Shown piece by piece: positions 53,639 through 64,000 of a DNA stretch of 64,000 bases. The DNA comes from Callorhinchus milii (taxonomy: Eukaryota), in contig NW_024704743.1 in NCBI RefSeq assembly GCF_018977255.1, positions 62,746,001 to 62,810,000 of the forward strand, read 5' to 3'. The position numbers and the translations under genes are program-made. The notes below the pieces were generated by a model. It saw only the letters and a list, made by a program, of their open reading frames with translations. It did not search any database and had not been told where the DNA came from. The first letter of the stretch is position 1. Each line of letters opens with the position of its first letter.

Positions 53639-55984
53639 AGGAACTATTTTGCATGCTGGGTTTCTTTCCATATTGGGTCTGTTTTCTTGGGTCATGCTAT
53701 TATATTCAGAACTAAAAGCAAACCACAGACCAATAGTTTAAAGACTAAACACATTGGCTTTATTTGCAATATGGCGTACAAATAACCATATTATTGGTAC
53801 AATATCAAAGCAAAAAATTTCAATGGCCATTTTATTCATTTTGACAGCTGAGTGCTTTGGGTCTTTTAAAATTGCAGCTGATTTTAACTTGATGGTCACT
53901 TTTAAAATGCACCTTTTATTTTTCCACCCACCCCCACTTCTACCTTTTCACTCAAGTACAGCTTGTGTGAAGTTTAAATCTCTGCATCAAATAGATCACA
54001 GAGGCTCCTTTAATGCACAAACCTGAACTGTCAAATAAAGCTTGGTGTTGAACTGCTGTTCTGACGAGAGGTAAGTGGCTGACAATCATTCTGATCACAC
54101 TAAGGCTATCTTTCCGCAGTTGGGAGCTTACTTTGATTCCTAATTAGAACTGACATGATCTTTGTTAGGAAATCCGCCACAGGTTTAACAATGACATTTA
54201 AGGATTGATATAACCAAGAATCATTCTTCAACAACTGTATTTCGGGTCTGAATGTTAAGTGTAAAACAAGCCCAAAGGCGCTAGAAAGTCTCAGGTTTGT
54301 ACCCGAGTGTTACTTTAGGCGCACAGGCACAAGATAGTTGAATTAGAAATAAATCTTTTGCTACAGGCAGCTTTAAATAATTTATCCAAACTATTGCCCA
54401 ACGGCAGAACCATTATGTTAATGATAATAGAACAATAGGCTTTTTAATAACCTTATACAAGTGTTCAAACAGGTCAGTATGGGTTAGAACAGATGGACTG
54501 CAAATGAGTCTCTTATTGGGCTGAACAACTGCCTTGTGGGGAAAAAAAGAAACAATTGCCTTCCTGAATACTCCTACAACAACAAGATTACATTTGTATG
54601 GCGTCTTTCACGTCGGGAGGACATCCCAAGGCAGGCTCCTAATTTGTTTAGTTTTCTTTCAGTTATGCAACCTAATACAGCGTATCATTCACAGACTAAA
54701 AATGCGTGGCTCTTTGACACCCTGTTCAAATTTACCTGTTTCCACTTCAGTAGTTTCAAACGTATCTCTAAGCGCCTATGCTTTATGGGACCTCAGGTGC
54801 TTGGGCTGAAAGTTCACTCTGTCCACAATTAGAATATAAAGGTTGCTGTTGTCACTACAAGTAGACAGAAGGAATTGATCATTTACCCGTTTGCCTTCAA
54901 AGTAAAAAAATAATAATTCTTGCATTTCATATGGTGCCTTTCACATTAGGAGGATGTCTCAAAGTGCTTCACAGGATATATTGTAAAGTCAAGTCACAAT
55001 ATTTTGTATGAAAATGTCTACAGAAAATAAGCTCTCGGGGTGTCTTCATCTGTGCTGTTTGCTGTGCAGGGCTGTCATCAACAAAATTAGAATACTTTCT
55101 CTAGTGAACTTGTTTTGTCTACAAAAACAGTCACTACAATTTTCAGGAGAACTCTGAAGTGCTTTGATACATTTTCAACTTGATAACAGCAATAAATGAC
55201 ATGTATGGCGCTCTTCATGCAGGGAACTCCTCAGAGTCCTTAAAGGTGCTGCATCAAATGCAAAGATTATTATTATTTAAAATTTCCAGTGACATTTAGA
55301 TGTTTAGTTTCAGTTAGGATGTGTTTTTTGATCCAGTCTGATTTTCCTTGGGCCTCTGTCATAATCCTACAAAGATTTTTAAAAAATAGAGGGATTATGG
55401 GATATGGGGATAGGGCAGATAATTAGTTAGGTCTGAATGGCCTACTCCTGCTCCTAATTCTTATGTTTTTATGTTCTTAATGATACAATGGTGATATGTC
55501 TTAAATAAAATGTTAGTGATATGCGCAGAGTTTAGATACTGAGTAGCATGGCAATATGATACGGGTACTTTGGTTTCAACATGTTTGATTATTGGTTAAA
55601 TGTTGTAACACGAACAGTTGTTCCACATATATTCAAATTGCAATAGGACTTTTTATCAATAGGTTAAGTATCCTTCCTCACGTGCTACAATTGATTATGT
55701 ATAAAATAATGACGTCTTAGTGTCTTGTTCGAATTATTTTCCTCAAGATGACCAAAGTAACATCACGTTCCATACAACTTAATTTGTTGGTTCCTAAAGA
55801 AGGTACATGTTTCTCAAACAGAAAATAAATGTAGGTTGCGTACATCACTCCAAGACTATGCTGCATCAAGAACACTATATAAATGTATTACTTTTAACAT
55901 AGCTGTTTTTAATTTTTCTTCATAAAGATTTAGGTACTTTCAATTTAATTGAGAGTGTGTTCCCCATTTGGAAAAGTGTCTTTT

Positions 55985-56280
55985 ATGTCAGGAAGACATC
56001 CCTAAGTGCTTTGCAGGATGTATTGTGAAGTGGCGTGGCTGTGTATTTTGTAGGCAACCGCAGCAGCCAAATTGCATATAGCAGTGTCTCACAAACAACC
56101 ATGAAATGAATCACCAATTTTATTTGTGCAATTGTTGGCGAGGACACCCGTCTCTTTTCAAATCGTGCCATGACATTTTTAACATTACCTGAACAGGCAG
56201 ATAGGACCTCGGTTTACCGTCTCATCAGAAGGACAGCACTTCTGACAATGCAATATACTTCTAGGACTGCATTGGAGTGT
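55985..56280 (-). mobile_element. Old Deu-domain SINE fragment
   Basis: Reverse-complement Deu block and 3' body. Confidence 0.72.
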
Positions 56281-56289
56281 AAGCTTAAA

Positions 56290-56860
56290 TACAACAACAA
56301 CAAGATTACATTTGTATAGCGCCTTTCACGTTCGGAGGACGTCCCAAGGTGCCGAACAGAGTACAGCAATTCAGACCCGAGCTGGGGTCAGGGGGGGTAA
56401 GGGAGGGGAGGGGGGGTGGTTGATGGCATGGTCGAAGAGGAGGGTCTTGAGGCGGGACTTGAAGGAGGCTAAGGAGGGGCGAGGCGGAGTGACTGGGGGA
56501 TGGAATTCCAGAGGTTGGGGGCAGAAGGCTCTCCTGCCAATGGTGGGGTGGGTCAGGAAATATGGAGCAGGCCAGAGCCGGCTAAGCGGAGGGAACGGGC
56601 GGGTTGGTAGGGGTTAGGAGGTCGCAGAGGTAGGGTGGGATGAGGCCATGAAGGGCTTTGTAGGTGAAGACCAGGATCTTGAACTGGATCCTATGAAGGA
56701 TAGGGAGCCAATGGAGTCGGGAGAGAGTGGGGGAGATGGGGTCACGGAGTTTGGTGCGGGAGAGGACACGGGCTGCAGAGTTCTGGATTATCTGCAGCCG
56801 TGGAGGGAGGAGTTGGGAAGGCCGACAAGCAGGGCATTTGCATAGTCGAGCCTGGAGGTG
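56290..56860 (-). mobile_element. L2 LINE 3' fragment with tail
   Basis: LQIIQNSAARVL..LHWLPILHRIQFKILVFTYKAL and (TTG)n tail. Confidence 0.92.
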
Positions 56861-59800
56861 GAAATACACCTCCACAAGTTCAAGTCCTAATGTGGGTTTG
56901 TACCCACAATCTTATGACTCGGAAACGAAAGCGCTACCACTAAGCTAGGCTGACAAGGTTGTTTCAGGAAAGACACCAGGAAGTATTTCTTCACATAAAA
57001 GATTATTGATGTTTGGAAAGGATTAGTAGAAATCCTGGTTGAGGCCTTATTCATTTGAGAAACAGCTTGACGATGTAATGGAAGGAGGTAAGGTGGGTAT
57101 TCTGAAAGGATGCGATCAAATGGGCTGGAGGGCATTCTCTCTTGATCTTGTGAGTGACTGTGTAACCAGGTATCAACAATAAACTACTACCATCATACCT
57201 GATGCTCAGCATCCTGGAGATGGAATCAACTTCATGGCGGACAATCTCTGATACTTTCCAGAATTAGGAAACAACAGGGTTTATTTTTGGGGTGTAAATG
57301 TGCAAACTCCTTTCCAACTAAATGAGTAATTTCCATATGTAGTACAGCACTCTTCTTTTGGTTTCAGTGCTATCTATTAGTCACAAGATAATAATAATCC
57401 TTGCATTTGATATAGCGCTTTTCACGTCGGGAGGACATCCCAAAGCGCTTCACAGAACAAGATCAAGAGAGATGTTGAGATGAAGAATGCCCTCCAGCCC
57501 ATTTAATTTCATCGTTCAGAATATGCACCCTACCTCCTTCCATTGCAGTATCAAGCTGTTTCTCATGCTTGTTGAATTTGTCATACCTGTGTGGAAACTA
57601 CTTACTTACTGATCAGCCATCTTGTGATTCGTATGTTATTGGGAACTTTTGAGTGTGTGTGGAGATAGTATCCCACTGCTTAATTTGCACATGAATCCAT
57701 CTTATTGATAGGATATTGCAAGATACCAAGGCAGTACCTTTATTTTTAAGTTGTATATAGAGTCCAGGCAATGGCAATGGAGGGGGAGTGGTAAGAGTAT
57801 TTTGATTGACAATGATGGGGCATATTAGGATAGGTAGCCAGGTGAGGAATGCTGTGGGATTTTTTGTTTTAGAGTAAATTGATATCCTTTCTATCTGTGT
57901 AATTAGAAATGTCTGATGTAGCTATTTGTAAAAATGAAAGTGCCACTAATCCTTGTAAAAATCCCTGTAAAACAACTCCATATGTTGGCATTACTTAAAT
58001 CATATTAGATATGTATTAGAATATATTAGACAGCGTATTAGAAGCCCAAAGTCATTGAGGCTGCTCATAATTATATTCAGGTTGCATGGTGTGGCAATGG
58101 TAGAGTCCCGATACCTGAAAAGGAAATCGTGCTGGGTAGGAATCCAGTTTTCCTTTTAAGAAGCAATTCATTGTATTGCTACATAAAAATAACCTGTTCA
58201 ATAATTCCTGACTAATGGTATGGAACCAGAACACATTTTTGAATACATTTCCTTGTTACCACATCAAAGTGGGTGTGGTACAAGGAACAAACCACATCCA
58301 CATTTTTTCCTTGACAGAAGTAGCTTTACCGGTGTGGTGGTTTACTGTTTTTTTTTTAAATGGAGCCATGTGATCTTTAATGTCCACCTGAACAGACAGA
58401 AAGGACCTCATTTGAATTCATCCGAAGGATAGGAGTACCTCCTGCGTATCCACTGCATTGCACTTGCACAATGTGAGTTTAAAATCCTGATGTCAGGCTT
58501 GAACTCACCACCTTCTGATATACTATCACCTGAGCCAGGCTGACACCCAACTTATGCACGTTGGACTTTGTGATTCACAGTCACATGTGAGATCGATTGG
58601 TTTACGTTTATGATGCAGCCCTTTCTTATCTTTTTATCATTTCATTGGTTGGAAATCTGGTTTTGAGTCAACCAAGAAAGCATTTAAATTTAAAAAAAAC
58701 TTTTGCTTCCATCTTCCAAAATAGGACATTTGGTGCTGGAAATGTACCAAAAGTTTTTAAATGCTGAAAATTAAAAACACAGAAAATAGGGCTTTCAGAC
58801 TATTAAATGCCTGATTAAACTCTGACCAAAGTTTAGAGTTTGCAATGATGATCTGAGAGTTCTCGCTTTCATGCGCATTGGGGACGGAGAACTTGATTAA
58901 AGTAGATATACGATTGCCTGGCATGACAACTGAGGTGGTTGTCCTTGCGCCATGCCAATATATTGCAAACATATTCTACTAGTGGAAATCCATTGTTGAA
59001 TTGAGATCATACCATTACCTTAACCTTAATATTGATGTCCCTGGAATGCACTGGCTGTACCCTTGCATGGTGCTGTCCATGAAATCCATGTTGTGTTGGT
59101 TCCAAGAAACCAATGAACTGTCTCAGTACTGGAGAATGAAGAGAACAATTATTGTATTAAAAAGCAATCCCCAGTAAAATAATAAGAATGTAGTCATCCA
59201 TTTACACTCAGGTGCTTGCCTTTAGATTAGATCTCACCAAATATTTAAATTGCACATTTTTTTATTACTTCCTCGCCATTATCTACAATAAAAATCTTTT
59301 TAGTATGCATGTTTGAGCAGTAACATCACAGATTGGGATCCAATATGTAGCTGCTTGTGAGGTGTATACAATATGCAGTGGAGATGAAAGGACAGTGATA
59401 CAATACTAAAGTTCTCATTGTGCCAAGTGTCCGATTAGTGGTCAATTGAAAAGAATTATTGGAAGAAGCTTGATACTTGTTTGGGAAATGGTCTGATGGT
59501 CTTAGGGGGAGAAATTGACTTCTGTGTTGAGATGCTTTTCTCTTATTAGATTTTCATCTAGTTATTCTAGTGCAATACTCTTGAATGTTTCAAGAAAGCT
59601 CTGCTTGGAACTAATAATTAGTAAAGTTAATATTAGTTTCAGGTAGAAGCAGACAATCAGTCCAGCTAATCACGCAGCCCAAAAGATTCATTAGACACGC
59701 GTTTCTCATCTTGTAATCTAGAAAAGTATCTACCTCATTACCTTATGACCCTGAGTCCCTTTAATTTGTAGAAAACTTTTCTCGACTGGAGGCTACAACT

Positions 59801-60527
59801 CATCCAAATCTCCACTGCTCTCTTACCCACGCCAAACCCTGCAACTGCATGCCTATCGCCACAGTCTTCACCAGGCTCCACTCACTCTATATCCTATCAG
59901 AACAATTTCAAGATCCTCACTGGCACCTACAAATCCATCCACAGCCTTCATATTGCTCTAATCTTTTTCTGCACTGCTCCTTAACTCAGCTAACTTGCTG
60001 TGTGTGCCCTGCCATCTGTGGTACCATTAAAGCCTTCAGTTCCCATGTCTCTAAACTCTGAAACTCTCTCTATCCCTCCATCTCACCCCACTCTTTCTAC
60101 CTCAAAACCAACTAATGGTCACCTCTCCCCATCCCGTTTGGTATCTGACTCCATCCTTGAAAGCATTACGAGACATTTCTTGACATGAAAACACACTCTT
60201 AAGTACAAGTTATTAAAAAGTTGTTGTTGTAGATTAATATCACAGACCATTGATCAACCTTCAGACACCTTTCTGTTCTTTGGTTCGCTACTTTATTATG
60301 CTGTTCATTTACCCACTATCTTACCAGTAAAACCCCATATTTTATAAGCAAAGCAGTACATTTCGACACCATTGCTGTATATGATAGTACGATAGTTAAA
60401 CGTTTGTGTATTTTAAAAAAAAGTACGCATTGGAAAACTTTACATGTTTTTTTCTTTAAAATCTGATCTGGCTTCCAATGCCAGATTTTGCAGTATGTTT
60501 ATGCTGTATAATTCAAAAGCAGAAATA

Positions 60528-60937
60528 TGTCAGCCTGGCTCAGTTGGTAGCTCTCTCGCCTCCAAGCGAGAAGGTTGGGGTTCAAGCTGCACATCAAGAC
60601 TTAGAACTCGTTTAATCTAAACTGACACTAATGCTTTACTGGGGGTGTGTTGCATTGTTGGGAGTACCATTCTTTGGCTGAGAAGTTAAACCGAAGCCCT
60701 GTCTGTTTAGGTAGACATTAAAGATCCCATAGCACTTTTCGAAAAGAGGAGGGAGTTTATCCCGGTGTCCTGGGCAACAATCCACCCAAATAAAATTGAT
60801 CATTCACTCCATGACTGTTTGTGGACATTGCTGTGTGCAAATTGGCTACTGCATTCAACAAAACAGTCATTCCACTTCATTTGAAGTGCTTTGGGATGTG
60901 AAACGCGCTGCACCAAATGCAAGGATTATTATTATTA
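60528..60937 (+). mobile_element. Old Deu-domain SINE, near full length
   Basis: GTCAGCCTGGCTCAGTTGGTAG head; TTAAAGATCCCATAGCAC..CCCGGTGTCCTGG Deu block; tail AAATGCAAGGATTATTATT. Confidence 0.82.
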
Positions 60938-61446
60938 AATGAATAATCCTATTCACTTTTTACATAAAGCTTGCAGATATTAGAAAAGATAGACAAAAGA
61001 TTTGAGCAACAGATTTCCAGAATAAAAGTGGTAAAGGCCCTCGTGGATTCAAGTGATTTCGTGTAGAGATTAAACTGTTTGATATGGGGATTAATCTGTT
61101 TGTACTGCAATCTTAAAATACCCCTTTAAATTCAAAAGCACAGTTGGTTCTTACAGTAAAATGTCTGTGCACTTTGTTGTACTTCATAATTGGAACTCAC
61201 AGAGACTCTTTGTTATAATTCTGTGAGGTGGGGAGTGAAGAGTGAACTTAATAATTGATGATTGGGCAATTCAAGCACTTTGCCCTGACTAGTTCCCTTT
61301 TCTGCAATATTTGATTCAAGAGGTTCAAATCTTTGTAATTTATTAACATTTATTTAGCATTCATTCATAAGATGGGTTATAAATCTTGTTCAGCTTCAGC
61401 TTTGTTAGTTTGCTCAAGTAAATAAATACACAGATCTTTCTATACA

Positions 61447-61770
61447 GAGTCCTGTAGCTCAGTGGTTAGAGCACTCGCTTTGCAAGTGAGAGACCTGAGT
61501 TCAATTCCAGGCAGAGGGCGAAACTATGGGCAAGTTTCCTTACTCCACACAGAGCCTAATAATAATCCCTCCAAAACAAAACAATAATAAATTGGTCATT
61601 TTCAATCTACGACTGTTTGTGGGACATTGCTGTGCGCAATTGGCTGCCGCGTTCGCCCACAAATATACAGTCAATTCACTTTACAGTGTGTTCTGTGAAG
61701 CGCTTTGGGACGTCCTCCCGACATGAAAAGCGCTATATCAAATGCAAGGATTATTATTATTTATTATTAT
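61447..61770 (+). mobile_element. Young SINE, short form, very intact (TSD ~TATAC)
   Basis: CpGs retained; tRNA-Ala-like anticodon arm CTCGC-TTTGCAA-GTGAG; L2-type terminal stem-loop. Confidence 0.93.
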
Positions 61771-63339
61771 ACGGTCCTACTTCAGAACTTTTTGAGATAG
61801 TGAAAAGACTCCAGATGTAACAGAGTAATTTGAAATGTGATGATTATTATTGTACACTACAATGTGCATGTAAATACTGCCCTGGATAACATCTTGGAAT
61901 GATGCACAAAGATAGGGCTGGATGCCAAGGCAAGGGGGAAGACAGAAGTAGCCACAGGTACAGTTGGAAGAGGGAGGTTATCAGGCAGGATAGAGGGTGG
62001 GAGTTCAGAGGTTAGGGGAAGAAAATGTAAAATCTATGATAATGTGGACAGGGTGAGCACATGCAGCAAACTCATTAGCTGAGCAGAGGAGTCGGGGTGA
62101 AGAAGTTCTGAGAGATGAGCAATTTGGGTGTGAAGGGATTTGTAGGTGATGGTGGGCCTTAAAATTGATCCACCGGGAGACTGGATTTTGATGAGGACTG
62201 GAATAATAAGTGTACAGAGTTTGATGTGGATGAGGATACAGTCAGTGGAGTTTTGGATAATTTGGAGCTTATGAATGGTGTAGCCAGAGAGACTAGAAAC
62301 TTTATTTTGCTATGAATGTTTCTATTTTATACAAGGGGTTGTGTTTTTGGTTTGTTTTAGAGTAATGCTAATATCGAACCTCTTACATCTGTTCTATAAA
62401 CATCCTGTTGAAGAAGTGGAGTATTGATGTTTGAGAGGCCACAGCCTTGTATAACCTGTAATGGAAGGTCCAGTGATGAATGGTAAGTGTCTGCTCCTAC
62501 ACAATGTAAAGGTCAGCAGGGCAGAACATTTTTTTATTTTGTACTAACGTTGAATGTTCTATGCACAGCATTTAGTATATTAGATTTTCTTGAGTGCTGG
62601 TGATGCAGTCTATTTAATCAGTTTAGTTCACAGATGTCACCCTGACCCTTAAATTAAATTCCTGCATTATTGCACTCCTCCAGATTTTCTTGCAATCACT
62701 ATATAATCTGCATTAAATTATATGTCTAATTTTAAGTACCTCCTGTCCAAATGAAGTTAAGGTTTAATCTGGGTTATTGGTGTAGGTTTATACACAAAGT
62801 ATTGCTGTGGTAACAAGGCAGCAAATTTGATTTTGTTAATTTTGCTTTGTCCACGTATGGAATGATTGAATTGATAGCCCAATGAATACTTTGATTTGAA
62901 CTTGTTTGCCGTTTGTATATTATAATGACAATAGCAGAGAGGATCTTGCTCTTGCGGTTCATGCAACAAAAACATTTTTTTATCCTAGTTGTAGTCTTCC
63001 AGCTCATTCCCAGCATTAAGCAATTAATGCTAATGATAATCATTGCATTTGATCTAGTCATTATTGGCCTAAAGTTCTCCACATTTTGCTTGCAGTTAGC
63101 TGTTGTAAAACCTGAGTTCTAATATCCCCTACCTTGAAAAAGTAACAATTGTTTATAGCGAGGTCAATGTTGACATTTTAGTTCTATCAAAGACATTACA
63201 AGTGAAGTTTTCTCTAACAGTGGAGTCCAAACCTGTTTTGAGTTCTAGATCTATGAATGTTTAGTGACAAAACCAGCACACAAACTCCAGAAATGGAGAT
63301 AATCATACTTTTTTTTTATATAATGGTTTAAGTGACTTA

Positions 63340-63540
63340 AACTCCAAAAAAACAAAACAATAATAAATTGGTCATTTTCAACCCATGACTGTTTGTGGGA
63401 CACTGCTGTGCGCAATTGGCTGCCGCGTTCACCCATAAATATACAGTCAATTCACTTTACAGTATATTCTGTGAAGTGCTTTGGGACGTCTAGCAGACGT
63501 GAAAAGTGCTACATCAAATGCAAGGATTATTATTATCATT
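63340..63540 (+). mobile_element. Young SINE 3' fragment
   Basis: 3' body and tail only. Confidence 0.85.
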
Positions 63541-64000
63541 AAGTCCCACAGAGCTGCAGCTGTCGGTGACTATCCTGGCACAGTAATTGATAAAAACCAG
63601 TGGAGGCCGACAGGGAAAAGAAAATTCATTTGTTACCATTATCGGTCAATCAGGATATATATGATCATTCTTTAAAGGCGTCTCTTCGATGTAAACATTC
63701 CCAATTTCTATATATTTCTATTTCCAATCCCATCTACATCTTTGCTCATCGGTGTACCTTGTCCAATGCTTGGATAACCAGAGGGTGGACCTCAGTGTGT
63801 TCAATGACTGCTTCGTCATCCATTTCTGCAGCCAGTGACTAACCCTTTAGTTCTGCACCCTAAAAATAACAACAAAAACAACAACTTGCATTTATATAAC
63901 ACCCTTCGCGTGGAGTAGCATCTTGGAGCGCTTAACACTGACGGAGCCTGACGCCGAGCCGAGCTAGAGGGAGGAGGTGACATAAAGCACGGTCGAAGAG

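Noticed and set aside
58844..58933. C/D snoRNA (ATGATGA..CTGA)
   Set aside because: No terminal stem and no recognisable guide; these motifs are common by chance.
61447..61520. tRNA-Ala gene
   Set aside because: It is a SINE head: no acceptor stem, continues into the SINE body, and has many decayed copies.
50771..64000. ERP44 exon 2
   Set aside because: No segment encoding an EITSLD..NIDEIL-like peptide with splice sites was found by eye; presumably beyond the window.
1..64000. CRISPR array or prokaryote-style multi-gene system
   Set aside because: The sequence is spliced vertebrate DNA, and its repeats are dispersed retroposons rather than regularly spaced arrays.

Overview
Vertebrate genomic DNA, most likely from a cartilaginous fish. 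This is inferred from SacSINE1/Deu-type SINEs, very abundant L2 and shark-type CR1 tails. The window holds the 5' ends of two head-to-head genes sharing a CpG island at about 49.8-51.4 kb. On the minus strand is inversin (INVS): a putative non-coding exon 1 near 50.25-50.33 kb, coding exon 2 at 18014-18119 and exon 3 at 3689-3855, with coding lengths (106 and 167 nt) and peptide matching mammalian INVS as recalled; the gene continues off the left edge. On the plus strand is a 20-codon signal-peptide-like first exon (50711-50770), called ERP44 mainly by conserved synteny; its exon 2 was not found. The rest is intron, dense in L2 fragments, a young tRNA-headed SINE, an older Deu-domain SINE, CR1 tails, one or two non-autonomous DNA transposons and an unclassified ~550-bp repeat. 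Nearly all ORFs in the supplied track are spurious or decayed L2. I see no convincing new multi-gene system. The most interesting signals are repeated fold-back and inverted-duplication structures (including an 86-nt L2 hairpin), a SINE that appears chimeric (CORE-like + Deu 3' part + L2 tail), unclassified repeats, and several strong cryptic exons. Repeat boundaries were read by eye and are approximate.
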